A stretch of 64,000 bases of DNA from Candidatus Babeliales bacterium. GTDB lineage: Bacteria > Babelota > Babeliae > Babelales > JANWKD01. The first letter of the stretch is position 1, and each line of letters starts with the position of its first letter. Position numbers and translations under genes: made by a program. A model generated the notes under the pieces. It worked only from the letters and a program-made list of their open reading frames with translations. It ran no database searches and was not told the origin of the DNA. Shown here piece by piece: positions 1-11,651 of the stretch. The stretch lies in contig CAVRJO010000002.1 in assembly GCA_963722255.1 (NCBI GenBank), positions 224,001-288,000 of the forward strand, in the 5' to 3' direction.

Positions 1-2
1 GT

Positions 3-161
3 AATTTTCCAGCACAACACATTGCATTACTTTACGCTTGCATTCAAGAACGAAAAAAAAGAAATGGCAATATTTTTGAGCATTGTATCAATCTAACTGA
101 GCAAACAGGAGAATTGTTTGATCAATTACCTAAATCAATAAAGGCTTTTTTAATATCATAA
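3..161 (+). CDS. 3' end of a hypothetical protein truncated by the window edge
   Basis: Open frame NFPAQHIALLYACIQ...FDQLPKSIKAFLIS* ending at TAA 159-161. It resembles the QALLIYY...YNDLPQEIK segment of ORF 58651-61053. Confidence 0.55.
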   Translation, partial: NFPAQHIALLYACIQERKKRNGNIFEHCINLTEQTGELFDQLPKSIKAFLIS

Positions 162-193
162 AAAATAAAAATTCTGCATAAGAGATTCAATCA

Positions 194-223
194 AAAAAAA
201 AGACACCTTAAAAAGTGTCTTTT
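194..223. terminator. Probable bidirectional intrinsic terminator
   Basis: AAAAGACAC-loop-GTGTCTTTT hairpin between convergent ORFs, related in sequence to the rplQ terminator. Confidence 0.65.
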
Positions 224-270
224 AGATTTCATAGAATTAAAGCACTATTAAACAATAATAGGCACTTTTG

Positions 271-669
271 TTATTTTGATCGCGAAATTCCCATTAATCT
301 ATAATCATAGTTCATTAATTCTGAAGTTTCTTTAATTACTTGAAGCCTGTTAGCTTTTTGTCTTCTAAATTCAGCAATTTTAGGACCAACCTTCATTGCA
401 GTTTCATCATCAAGTTCAAAGAAAAACCTATTAATATTTTTATTAATAGCACCAGTTTTATATTCTTTATACAATAACTGACAAATCCATGTTGATTTGA
501 TTCTTGAACTCGTAAAAGAAAAAGGGTATTTGATCAAATTTAAGACTTTTGTGCCAAAACTTGGGGTAGAACCCAAACTTCCAGAATCAAGTCTATGCGA
601 ACTTCCAGCAAAAATGCTAAAATTTCCACACAATAAGATAATAACTATGCAAATTTTTTTTAATTTCAT
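271..669 (-). CDS. Small exported hypothetical protein, paralog of 2643-3065
   Basis: Signal-peptide-like N-terminus; shares EYKTGxINKxxNxxFFxL...K(V/I)GxxxAEFR with 2643-3065. Confidence 0.75.
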   Translation of the reverse strand: MKLKKICIVIILLCGNFSIFAGSSHRLDSGSLGSTPSFGTKVLNLIKYPFSFTSSRIKSTWICQLLYKEYKTGAINKNINRFFFELDDETAMKVGPKIAEFRRQKANRLQVIKETSELMNYDYRLMGISRSK

Positions 670-761
670 AAGAGCCCCATTTTCATTAGAAAAGAAATAT
701 CTTCACAATATAGAATATATTATTTTTAAAAAAAGTCAATTTGGAAATTTACTGCAAAAAT

Positions 762-842
762 AGATAAAAAAAGACACAATTTCAGGTGCCTTTTTTACGT
801 TTTTATATTTCTATAAAACTTAAACCCATTCAAGGCGCGCAA
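762..842. repeat. Direct repeat copy A of the rplQ 3' end plus terminator
   Basis: 81 bp matching 3579-3658 with 3 substitutions and one 1-nt indel; includes the last 23 nt of rplQ. Confidence 0.9.
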
Positions 843-843
843 A

Positions 844-1029
844 GGATTTGGTTCACAAGATGAAGATGGATTGATTCATATCATGGATGCTTTATATAAA
901 ATTCAAAATAGCTTTTGCAAAATAATTATTGTATCACATCTACCATCTATGAAAGATCAGTTTCCGGTACATTTTTTTGTTGAAAAAGGTATACAAGGGA
1001 GCAGTTTACGGGTTATTGAACAGGGATAA
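844..1029 (+). pseudogene. sbcC: Orphan C-terminal fragment of an SbcC/SMC-family ATPase
   Basis: Reads GFGSQDEDGLIHIMDALYKIQNSFCKIIIVSHLPSMKDQFP...EQG* (D-loop GFGSQD and H-loop IVSH). No start codon; begins right at the repeat edge. Confidence 0.8.
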
Positions 1030-1077
1030 AAAAAATCAAAATTTCAATAATATATAATACCCTATAGTGAAAAATTA

Positions 1078-1602
1078 TTATTTTTGCACTAAACGCATAC
1101 CAACTATGGTCGTAGTTAAAACAATTGAAGAAAATATACAGGCAAAATTCGGTATACACGCATGGCGATCAGTCGTTCTACCGAAAATCATAGTTTGTTC
1201 CTCTGTAATTATTTCGGGGTGTGTTTCAATGTATGCATTACCTTCACAAAACAATCTACCCATTTGACTAAATATTAAACCAAGTTCACCAAATAATATC
1301 GCACTTTTAATAATCGATAAACGCAACATCGATTCTTTAGGACCAATCAAAGCTGCGCATGCGACAGGCATTGAGCTGCAAATTCCCCAACAAATACCAC
1401 TGCCGATTGCTGCCATCGGTTTTACTTTCATAAATTCACCCTTTGAAATTAATGTTCCATATTTAAATGTTGCCCCTAATACAGCACCTGTTCCAATAAT
1501 TGATAAAGCGGGAGTAATTTTCCCTTCCAAAATTTCCATGCTCTTAGAATTATTAAAATTGCTTAAAACAAGAAATAACAGGATCAATTTTATCATATTC
1601 AT
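1078..1602 (-). CDS. Exported or membrane hypothetical protein
   Basis: Signal peptide ending SKS-ME, several hydrophobic segments, GAGG upstream. Confidence 0.7.
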   Translation of the reverse strand: MNMIKLILLFLVLSNFNNSKSMEILEGKITPALSIIGTGAVLGATFKYGTLISKGEFMKVKPMAAIGSGICWGICSSMPVACAALIGPKESMLRLSIIKSAILFGELGLIFSQMGRLFCEGNAYIETHPEIITEEQTMIFGRTTDRHACIPNFACIFSSIVLTTTIVGMRLVQK

Positions 1603-1716
1603 AAATACCTCAAATAATAATATCTGTTTAAAAATTCTATCTGTTCCGAGCTTTTATATTATCTTGGCTTAAAGCCTTACAATCAGGCATCGGTAAAGAA
1701 ATGTAGATTAATCAAT

Positions 1717-2628
1717 AGACCTCTTCTGAAACTATAAATTTTATGGCATAATCATAATCGATTTATAAAAAAAGGGTAAGCGATTATGAAGTATGAAAAA
1801 TTAAAAATTTCATCAGAAAAAAACTTTAGAAGAGTAACTGGAGTAAAACGAAAAACATTTGAAGTATTGGTTTCTATTTTAAAAGAAGCGCAAAAAATAA
1901 AAAAGGCAAAGGGAGGACGTCCAAATAAGCTCAGTATTGAAGAAATGCTTTTGATGACTCTTGAATATATACGGGAATATCGAACGTATCTTCATATTGC
2001 GACAAGTTATGGCATTGCTGAAAGCAATGCATTTGAAGCAATACGATGGGTTGAAAATACTCTTATTCAAAGCAAAGAATTTAGATTGCCTGGCAGAAAA
2101 GCGCTACTGAAAAGCGATAATGAATTTGAAGTTATTTTAATAGATGCAACTGAAAGTCCTATTGAACGTCCTAAAAAAAACAGCGGAAATTTTATTCCGG
2201 TAAGAAAAAACGTCATACTATAAAAACTCAGGTAGTTGTAAACAAAAAAACAAAAGAAATTGTTTGTACAAATTTTTCAGATGGTAAACGACATGATTTT
2301 AAACTCTTCAAAACTTCAAAAATTCACTTCGCAAAATCTACTGAAGTTCTTACAGATACAGGTTATTTAGGTCTAAAAAAAATTCATAATAATACTTCTA
2401 TGCCAAAGAAAAAAAGTAAAAAAAATCCTTTAACATTAACAGATAAACAACGAAATAGAGAATTATCAAGCCAGCGTGTTTTAAATGAGCATGTAATTGG
2501 TATGATAAAACGTTTTAAAATAGTTGCTGACAAATATCGCAATCGACGAAAAAGATTTGGGCTCCGTTTCAATCTTATTGCGGGTATCTATAATTTTGAG
2601 TTGGTTAAATGAGTTTCAGAAGAGGTCT
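1717..2628 (+). mobile_element. IS5-family (ISL2-group) insertion sequence, 912 bp, copy 1
   Basis: 17-bp terminal inverted repeats AGACCTCTTCTGAAACT / AGTTTCAGAAGAGGTCT, flanking AAT duplication, apparently identical inverted copy at 31649-32560. Confidence 0.93.
1786..2612 (+). CDS. DDE transposase expressed through a probable -1 shift at A8 (2173-2180)
   Basis: OrfA has GGRPNKLS and IDATESPIERPKK; the -1 frame continues QRKFYSGKKKRHTIKTQ...DTGYLG...RVLNEHVIG. The same A8 run is in both copies. Confidence 0.88.
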
Positions 2629-2642
2629 AATTACAAAATAGC

Positions 2643-3065
2643 TCATTTCCAAATGCAATCATATATTTGATTTAATGCGTCAATGCTACCATCAACACCT
2701 GATCTAAATTCTGCCATTAAGCCACCAATTTTCTTTTTATATTTTTTATTAAGAGAAAAAAAAGTCTTATTTGCTTTTTTATTAATTTTTCCCGTTTTAT
2801 ATTCATCAGTAAGATATCTATGCAAAAAAAATATCCTGACCTTCGGAATAAAAGAATTGGGAAAATTATTAAAAAAACCTAAATACGAAGGGGACAAAAC
2901 TCCGGTTGTATTTTCTGCATCAGACTTATGAAAAGAAAATTGCACTCTTCCCGTATAAACTGAGCTGTCATATCTGTGAAATAACCAAGCTAGAGGATTA
3001 TAAGGCAATACTAGTGGAAAGTTAATGCAAGTAATTATTATTAAAAAAAGAATCTTTAAATTCAT
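2643..3065 (-). CDS. Small exported hypothetical protein, paralog of 271-669
   Basis: Signal-peptide-like N-terminus; shared EYKTGKINK...AEFR motif. Confidence 0.75.
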   Translation of the reverse strand: MNLKILFLIIITCINFPLVLPYNPLAWLFHRYDSSVYTGRVQFSFHKSDAENTTGVLSPSYLGFFNNFPNSFIPKVRIFFLHRYLTDEYKTGKINKKANKTFFSLNKKYKKKIGGLMAEFRSGVDGSIDALNQIYDCIWK

Positions 3066-3101
3066 CTGTTTTTACTTACCTTTTTATTAGTATTTAAATA
3101 A

Positions 3102-3500
3102 TTAAGAGTTTTTTCTTTGAGCTAAAATATTTCGAATTTCAATTAAAATCTGACCCTTTTCTAAGCCACTATTTTCATATCTTAAAAGCAATTTTTTGAG
3201 TTTCTCTTTTTTAGTTAAGGGCAAACTGTTTTCCATCCAAGTCATAAACCTATCTGCCTTGTTACTAAGCTTTCTTTTGTCAGAAAATATACAATAAATG
3301 TACATGTCGATCATTACGTCATTTACAAAACGATAACCTAAATATAATAATCCAATACCAACTCCTGCGACTGCTGTGTATTTTGCAAGTTTGACACTGT
3401 TTTCACGGGTAAATAATGACAGATCTAAAGAAATAGCCTGTAAATTGCCTGAAAATACCAGAAAAAATAGGGCGCAAACCTTTAACATTCTATAATTCAT
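3102..3500 (-). CDS. Exported or membrane hypothetical protein
   Basis: Signal peptide (LQA), one further hydrophobic segment, GGAG RBS. Confidence 0.7.
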   Translation of the reverse strand: MNYRMLKVCALFFLVFSGNLQAISLDLSLFTRENSVKLAKYTAVAGVGIGLLYLGYRFVNDVMIDMYIYCIFSDKRKLSNKADRFMTWMENSLPLTKKEKLKKLLLRYENSGLEKGQILIEIRNILAQRKNS

Positions 3501-3578
3501 AAAAACTCCATTTTTAAGAATAAGTTGATTACCTATATATTAACAAATTATTTATATTTGTCAATATATTAGATTTAA

Positions 3579-3658
3579 AGATAAAAAAGACACCCTTTCA
3601 GGTGCCTTTTTTACATTTTTATATTTCTATAAAACTTAAACCCATTCAAGGCGCGCAA
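3579..3658. repeat. Direct repeat copy B (functional rplQ end plus terminator)
   Basis: Matches 762-842; contains the hairpin AAAAAAGACACC/GGTGCCTTTTTT. Confidence 0.9.
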
Positions 3659-3992
3659 TGGTAGCGGTATCGCTCACACGTTGGCCCATAGGAATAAGAC
3701 GAGTATACCCACCCGGTCTATCAACATACCCAGGGGCAATTTCTTTAAATAATTTTAAAATAGCCTCATTTTTATACGGCAATAATGAAAGAACTCTGCG
3801 ATGTGCGCTGAAAGTATGGCCAGTTCTTGCGATGGTAACACATTTTTCAGCCAACTTCTTAACTTCTTTAGCATTTGCTCTGGTTGTAACTAGATGTCCA
3901 TAGGTAATTAAGTGAATCACTTGATTACGCAACATAGACCTTCTATGAGGTGCTTTAAGATTTAATTTTTTTCTGCCTAATTGGTGTCTCAT
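3636..3992 (-). CDS. rplQ: 50S ribosomal protein L17
   Basis: MRHQLGRKKLN...RPGGYTR; intact. Confidence 0.97.
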   Translation of the reverse strand: MRHQLGRKKLNLKAPHRRSMLRNQVIHLITYGHLVTTRANAKEVKKLAEKCVTIARTGHTFSAHRRVLSLLPYKNEAILKLFKEIAPGYVDRPGGYTRLIPMGQRVSDTATIARLEWV

Positions 3993-4018
3993 TGTAATAA
4001 CCCTTATTAATAATGATG

Positions 4019-5078
4019 TTATGACTCTATAGAAGGCATTTCTGTCTTCATAAGCTTTTTTAAATCAGATTCTTTAATATTCATACCAAAAGAAACCCAA
4101 ATGCTTTAATGCATCTTTAACTTCATTTAATGATTTGCGACCAAAATTCTTAATTTTTAATGCATCATCATCAGAATAGTTAACTAAATCGATAATACGT
4201 TTAATACCTGCATTAATTAAACAATTATGAGCACGTACTGAAAGTTCCAATTCATCAATAGGTTTCAAGAGAAGCTCAACAGGAATCCCTTTAAACTAAA
4301 TCCTTCATTCTTTTGTTACCTGAACAGGTTTAACTTCTTCAGGCATTACGGAAATATCATTAAATGGAATTTCAGTATCTGCAAAGAAATGTTCAAGTTG
4401 CGTGCGCAAAACTGAAACAGCATAATGTAAAACTTCAACTGGAGTTTCAGAACCATCGGTATCAATGTAATAATTAGTTTATCATAATCAATATCGCTAC
4501 CAACACGTGTTTTTTCAACATCAAAAGTAACTTTACGAACAGGAGAAAACATTGCATCTAAATAAATACGATTATCTTCTTGCAAGTGCTTTATCCTGCA
4601 GGCCATTGAGCTGGTTGATAACCACGACCAGATTCAACAAAAAATTCAATATCAAGTGTACCGCCATGGTGCAACATGGGCAATAATATGATCTTTATTA
4701 ATAACTTCCAAATGATCATCGGCTTTAATATCTGCAACGCGTAGCAATAGCTTCTCCTTTTACGCTCAGATTCATTTTACCAGGTTTACCTTCTTTATTA
4801 CAACAACAATTTCTTTAATATTAAGAACAACTTGCATGGTATCTTCTAACAACACCAGGCAATGATGAAAATTCATTATTTACGCCTTTAATAATAACTG
4901 ATGTAACAGCAGAACCTTCTACACCCCCTAATAAGACTCGTCGTAATGCATTACCCAACGTAATACCAAAACCTGGCTCTAGCGGTTGAGCAACAAGCTC
5001 ACCAAAGGTGCTCGTCAATGTCTCTTTATTCCACGTCAGTTGTGGAATAGTTAAAGGTTTATACTCCTTTTTATCCAT
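4019..5078 (-). CDS. rpoA: RNA polymerase alpha subunit (frameshifted in this sequence)
   Basis: [26 protein letters not shown] and [14 protein letters not shown] in different frames. Confidence 0.93.
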
Positions 5079-5136
5079 ATAATCTCCTGAAAACTTATCC
5101 AATATACCATTGGATCAATACAAGCATTTTCTTTCA

Positions 5137-5703
5137 TTATTTAGAATACAACTCAACAATTAAATGTTCTTCAATTGGAACTTGAATATCAGAACGAACA
5201 GGTAAACGTAATACATTTCCTTTACGTTCTTTTTTATTCAACTCAAGCCATTCTGGAACTTTAACCCCCATATTAAATCTTTTATCAACTACTTGCTCTA
5301 AAAATTCTGTTTTATTGCAACATTAGGAGCAAAAGAAATTACATCATTAATAGATAACTAAATATGAAGGAGAATATACCTTCTTACCATTAACCAAAAC
5401 ATGTCCATGAACAATAATTTGACGTGCTTGAGCACGTGATATGTGCAAATTTTAAACGATAAACTACATTATCAAGACGTCTTTCAAGCAAACTTAATAA
5501 GTTTTCACCGGTAGCTTCCTGACTTTTTGCAGCAATTCTAAAAAAACGTTTAAACTGATTTTCACGCATACCATACATTTCTTTAACTTTTTGTTTTTCT
5601 TCTAGCTGCTTACCATATTCAGATAATTTTCTGCGTTCTGCTTTGAAGCAGCAGTCTTGCTGTTTGTTCTTGAGATCCTTGAGTAGGCTTCTTATTATTC
5701 CAT
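5137..5703 (-). CDS. rpsD: 30S ribosomal protein S4 (frameshifted)
   Basis: [29 protein letters not shown]; operon position. Confidence 0.9.
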
Positions 5704-5734
5704 AATGATACCTTAAATCCTAAAAAATATTTAC

Positions 5735-6118
5735 TTATACACGACGTTTTTTAGGCGCACGACAACCATTATGAGGCAAAGGAGTAACATCTCGCAAAAC
5801 CGAAATATTAAAACCTGAAGCTTGAAATGCACGAACAACTGAATCTCTTCCTGATCCGGTCCTTGCAAATTAACTTCAACATTTCTAATACCCAATCGCA
5901 GTCATTTCTTTAGCAAGAGTCGTACCAATTTGCGAAGCAGCAAAAGGAGTACCTTTACGAGCACCTTTAAATCCAAGCTTCCAGCACTACCTGCGCAACA
6001 AAACATCACCATCTTCGGTGGTAATAGAAACAAGCGTATTATTAAATGTAGATTTAACATGCGCAACAGCAGAATCAACTTGTCTTTTATTTTTTTTTGT
6101 TTTTTTTTTATAAGCCAT
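5735..6118 (-). CDS. rpsK: 30S ribosomal protein S11 (frameshifted)
   Basis: [27 protein letters not shown] pieces; position. Confidence 0.9.
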
Positions 6119-6150
6119 TGTAATCCTTTAACAGATAATAACATTATTAA

Positions 6151-6539
6151 TTATTTCTTAGTTACTTTACGTTTCAATGCAACTGCACACCAGCTTTACG
6201 TGGACCTTTACGAGTACGCGCATTAGTTTTAGTACGTTGACCACGAACTGGCAAGTCCTTTTTTATGACGCAACCCACGATAAGCACCAATTTCTTGAAT
6301 CGTTTAATATTCGCTAATTTCTTTGCGCAATTCACCTTCAATAATATAGTTGCTGGTAACTTCTTTTTGAATTGCAGCAACTTCTTCATCGGTAAGATCT
6401 TTAACACGTTTATCAAAATTAATTTTAACTTTATTTAAAATATCTTGAGACGCTTTTAACCCTATACCAAAAACATAGGGTAAGCCCATATTCAATTCTT
6501 TTATTCACTAGGTAAATTAACACCTTCTATTCTTGCCAT
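6151..6539 (-). CDS. rpsM: 30S ribosomal protein S13 (frameshifted)
   Basis: [10 protein letters not shown]...[20 protein letters not shown]. Confidence 0.92.
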
Positions 6540-6564
6540 AAAATTCCTTTAACGTTTAATCCAA

Positions 6565-6682
6565 TTAACCTTGACGTTGTTTATGTCGTAGGATTTTTTT
6601 TACAAATAACGCGAACAACCCCTTCACGTTTAACAATTCGACAATCATTACAAATTTTTTTTACTGATGTTCTTACTTTCAT
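6565..6682 (-). CDS. rpmJ: 50S ribosomal protein L36
   Basis: [14 protein letters not shown]...HKQRQG*, apparently with one extra base. Confidence 0.88.
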
Positions 6683-6713
6683 CAATATTCCTTTAATAAA
6701 CTGCTAATTATCA

Positions 6714-6943
6714 TTAATTTTTATATCGTAAAACAATTCTTCCACGTGTCAAATCATAAGGAGAAACTCCAAGAGCAACTTTATCTCCAGGTAAAATTCG
6801 AATATAATGCATACGCATTTTTCCTGAAACATGCCCTAAAACTACATGTCCACCTTCAATTTCAACACGAAACATAGCATTAGGCAAGTTTCTTTAACAA
6901 TGCCATCAACTTTTATAACATCTTCTTTTTGTTTGTATTTCAT
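6714..6943 (-). CDS. infA: Translation initiation factor IF-1 (frameshifted)
   Basis: [33 protein letters not shown]. Confidence 0.92.
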
Positions 6944-6956
6944 GCATCACTCTTAC

Positions 6957-7718
6957 TTATTCATAACTTCTTGTTAAAATATTCGGTCCATCTTCTGTAA
7001 TCATAATAGTATCTTCAACATGGCAGCCAAACTTTTATCAACAGTTTTAACCGTCCAACCATCATCCGTAACATAAACTTCATAATTTCCCATAGTAATC
7101 ATAGGCTCAATGGCAAATGCCATCCAGGCTTACAATACACGGTCCTTGACCTGGCTTACCATAATTTAAAATTTCTGGATCTTCATGCATCTTTTTACCA
7201 ATACCATGACCAGCAAAATCTCGTACTACCCCAAATCCATGACTGTTCAACTTCACTTTGAATTGCAGCAGAAATATCGATCAAATGATTTCCTGCGCGA
7301 GCTTTTTCAATTCCTTTATTCAATGCAGCTTTGAGCAACATCAACCAATTTTTTGACGTCATCTGTAGAACTGTACCAACAAAAAAACACGAGCCATATC
7401 AGCACAATAACCATCGCCATGAAGCACAAACATCAACTTTTACCAAATCACCATCTTTAAAATTTTATTTCACTACGGAACGCCATGAACAACTTCATCA
7501 TTAACCGAAATACAACTGACATGCTTATACCCACGATACCCCTTCATTTCTGAAATCAAGCTTTTTGCTCTTTAAGATGCTTCGATAAATGCATCAATTT
7601 CCAAGAGTAGAAATTCCAGGCTTAATAAATGATGCAAGCATCATCAAAAATACTCTGCCAATAACTGACCAGCTTTTTCCATTTTTGCAATCGAAGCTTT
7701 ATTTTTGATAGTAATCAT
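6957..7718 (-). CDS. map: Methionine aminopeptidase (frameshifted)
   Basis: SVNDEVVHG, GHGIGKKMHEDP, AIEPMI pieces. Confidence 0.9.
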
Positions 7719-7724
7719 AAAGCC

Positions 7725-8413
7725 TTAACTACTATTATCAAATTTTGAAAATCATCAAATACTTCATCAAGTGGCTTTTCAACATTTACATTCTTTATCA
7801 ACAAACCAGTCTTTATGATAAAATTCTAATAAATGCTTCTCATGCTATATGATACATTTGCAACCGATCTCTAACCGCAGTCTGCTGCATCATCATTTCT
7901 TCGTATCAAGTGCATCATCACAACTATCACATTTCATTGATTCTGATGGTTCTAATGCTTCACATGACTCAGAATAAACGTCTTGACAATCTTTATTACT
8001 GCAAACAAGACGGCTAACTAAGCTTATTTACAATAATTTCATCAGAAATAAAAAATTTTACAACTTTCAATTTAAAACTATGTAATTTCTACTCAACAAA
8101 ATTCATGCAATGCTTGCGCTTGTGCAATCGTTCGAGGAAAACCATCTAAAATAACAGCATCAAATTGATCAGCATTAGCTAAGCAACCATTCTTGACCAT
8201 AGCAATAATAAGACTATCAGAAACAAGTTTACCAGATTTTATAGCAAAATCTATCTGTTTGCCTATTTCTGTTTGTTCAGCAATATGCTTACGGCATAAA
8301 TTACCAGTTGAAATTGATTCCAACCAAACTTTTTTACACATAGATGGGATAATGTACCCTTTACCTGACCCTGGAGGCCCAATAAAAATATAAATATCTT
8401 TTTGTGAGTTCAA
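7725..8413 (-). CDS. adk: Adenylate kinase (frameshifted)
   Basis: GPPGSGKG, STGNLCR, LDGFPRT. Confidence 0.92.
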
Positions 8414-9735
8414 CGTACAGCCCTACTTTTTAATCTTCCTGTTGTTAAAAAGCCTTCATAACGATGCTCAATTAAATATGATTCTATCTGAGCAGATGTT
8501 TCTAAGAGCAACACCAACCACAATCAACAGTGAAGTTCCACCTAAATAAAATGGCATTCTGAACAAATGCATTTAAAATATTAGGTGCTAAGGACAAACA
8601 ATGCTAAATAAATTGCACCAACTAAACCAATACGAGTTAAAATATAATTAAAAAATTCAGCAGTTTTCTTACCTGGACGAATTCCCGGAATAAAGCCACC
8701 ACTTTTTTTAATATTTTCTGCCAAGTTCATCAGGATTAAATACCAAAGCAGTATAAAAGAATGAGAAAAAGATAATCAACACAAATTCAAAACATTAAAT
8801 AAAATTCCCTGTGGTGCAAACCATTCAGCAAATCTGTCTAAAAATTTCAACTTTTTGCAGATAAGCATAGCCTGCAATAATCAAAGGAATATTCAAAACT
8901 GAAGAAGCAAAAATTACAGGCATAACACCAGCAGTATTAATTTTAAAAGGAATATAAGTACTTTGACCACCATAAACACGTTGACCAACAACTCGACGAG
9001 CATATTGAACAGGAATTTTACGTTCACCTTTTTCAAGAAAAACAATACATGCCGTAATCATAATAAAAATAGCTAAAATAAGTAATGCTTGCCAAAGTTC
9101 TAAGCTTCCAGCATCAATTAATGCTTATTGTTTTAATAACATACTCAGGAAATCTAGCAACAATACCTGCAAAAATAATCATTGAACTACCATTACCAAT
9201 ACCAAAAATGAAATCTGCTCACCAAGCCACATAACAAACATAGAACCAACCGTTAATGAGAGAATAAACATAATTCTGAAAGCCCCATCCTGGAGTTAAA
9301 GACTAATCCTTGACTTTCAAGATAGACCGCATAACCAAAACTATACATAATACTCAAACCAGAACGTTAAATACCGTGTATATTGATTGATTATTTTACG
9401 ACCATATTCACCTTCTTTAAGCAAGTTGCTCAAGATAAGGAACTGTCATACTAAACATTTGCATCATAATAGATGCAGTAATATAAGGGCATAATACCTA
9501 AAGCAAAAAGGTACATGAAGCTAATGCACCGCCAGAAAAAATATCAAGATAACCTAAAAAACCACCCAAGACTCGTTGCTCGCTTCATATGTTCACCAAG
9601 CAAAGGAATATTAACCCCTATAACAGGAATAAACGTACCAAGACGATAAACAATCAGAACACCCAAGGTAAAAAATACTTTTCTTCTTAATTCTGGAATA
9701 AAAAATATATTTTTAAAATTTTTTAACAAAACCAC
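8410..9735 (-). CDS. secY: Preprotein translocase SecY (frameshifted)
   Basis: [40 protein letters not shown]. Confidence 0.93.
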
Positions 9736-9749
9736 TACTTTAACTCTCC

Positions 9750-10199
9750 TTAGTTAAATGAACTTCTCCACCACAACTTTCAATCTTTTCTGTTGCACTG
9801 TTTACTAAAAGCATCTGCCATAAACAATAAATTTTTTAGTAAAGTTCACCACTTCCCAAAATTTTAATTATGGCATTACTTTATACCTTTTACAAAGTCC
9901 TTTTTCAACTAAAAGTTCTTTAGTAATATCTGCACCATCTTCAAAAACTCGATCTAAATCATCCAAATTAACAATCGCATATTCTGTTGCAAAAGCTTAT
10001 TATTAAATCCTCGTTTTGGTAATACGACGAGCTAAAGGCATTTGACCTCCTTCAAAACCAAAGTCGAACTTTTAACACCACCTGAACGAGCTTTTTGTCC
10101 TTTATGCCCCTTACCAGAGGTACCACCTCGGCTACCACCACGACCAATTCTTTTTCTTTTTTTACACAGAGGGGTTAAATTATTAAGCTGTTGTACCAT
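9750..10199 (-). CDS. rplO: 50S ribosomal protein L15 (frameshifted)
   Basis: RKRIGRGG...GHKGQKARSG, FEGGQMPL. Confidence 0.9.
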
Positions 10200-10701
10200 G
10201 AGCATCCCTTTATAATTTGTTCAATTGTTTTACCTCTGAAATGAGCCAATATCCTGAACTGTTCTAATTTTGCAATGCATTCAATGTTGCTTTAACCACG
10301 TTTTGATCTGATTAGATAGATCCAAGAGATTTTGCCAAAATATCTTTAACTCCTAATGCTTCCATAACTGCACGAACTGCACCACCAGCAATAACTCCCG
10401 TACCTTTATATGCAGAACGAATAACAACTCGGCTTGCACCATGATGCCCATGAACATTATAAGGAATAGTTGTACCACGTAACGGATACAGCAATCATGC
10501 TCTTGCGAGCTTTTATTGTTGCTTTAGCAATAGCAGAAGAAACTTCTTTGCTTTTACCAACCCAATACCAATATTACCTTGTTGATCACCAGAAACAACA
10601 AAAGCTGAAAAAGAAAAACTTTTACCACCTTTAGTAACTTTTGTTACACGACTTACACTGACAACAGAATCTATAAATTCTTTTTCTTTGTTTTCAGCCA
10701 T
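10183..10701 (-). CDS. rpsE: 30S ribosomal protein S5 (frameshifted)
   Basis: [22 protein letters not shown]. Confidence 0.92.
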
Positions 10702-10727
10702 TTATATCCTATCTAAATATCGTACAA

Positions 10728-11082
10728 TTAAACTTGTAATCCACCTTCTCTTAATCCTTCAGCAAGATTTTACTCTTCCATGAAATAAGATAACTGTCCA
10801 CGATCAAAAACAACTCTTTTAATGCCTTTTTCTAAGCTCGTTTTGCCAATTCAAGACCAACAGCATTAGCAATATCTGTCTTATTACCAGAAAGATTCTT
10901 AAGTTCTAATGAAGAACAACTTACCAATGGTTTGATCCTTAGCATCATCAATAAGTTGGGCATAAATATGATTTAGACTTCTAAAAACAGAAACTCTTGG
11001 TAATTTACCAGGATTTTAATCTACTTCTAACACGCAATTGACGTCGTTTTAGTTCTTTGTTTAATACCTTTTTTAATGACAC
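10728..11082 (-). CDS. rplR: 50S ribosomal protein L18 (frameshifted)
   Basis: [23 protein letters not shown]; position. Confidence 0.88.
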
Positions 11083-11098
11083 GTTAAATACTCATCTC

Positions 11099-11642
11099 TT
11101 ATGCAGATTTTGTTTTACCAGCTTTACGCAATATAACTTCACCTTCTATATTTAATACCTGTACCTTTATAAGGCTCTGGCGGTCTTAATGCTCGAATTT
11201 TACTAGCAAACAAAACCAACTGCTTCTTTATCCATACCTTTTACTGTAATAAGTTGGCCTGTTTTATCAATTTCAATCGTAATCCCTTGAGGCAATATCA
11301 AAATCAATTTTATGACTAAACCAAAGAAAAAACAATTTTACTTCCGGTAGAATGCAGCTTTAAACCCAATCCATTAATTGATAACTTTTTGCTCAAAACC
11401 GTCTGAAACACCTTTAAGTTCATTAGCCAACAAAGCTCGATGCAAACCCCATAACACATTGTTTTCTCGAGCGTTCTATCTTCACATACAATTTTAATTG
11501 TTGATCGGTTAGTTCTGCTTTAAGAACAGCTGGAAGAACATGGACTCTGAACCCTTTTTCCCTTTGTAAGCTGTACTTCTTGTCCTTTAATCTCAATTTG
11601 TACATTATTACGATCTATTGGTTTTCTTCCAATCTTTGACAT
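11099..11642 (-). CDS. rplF: 50S ribosomal protein L6 (frameshifted)
   Basis: MSKIGRKPI...RPPEPYKGTGIKY. Confidence 0.9.
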
Positions 11643-11651
11643 ACTTTACCT

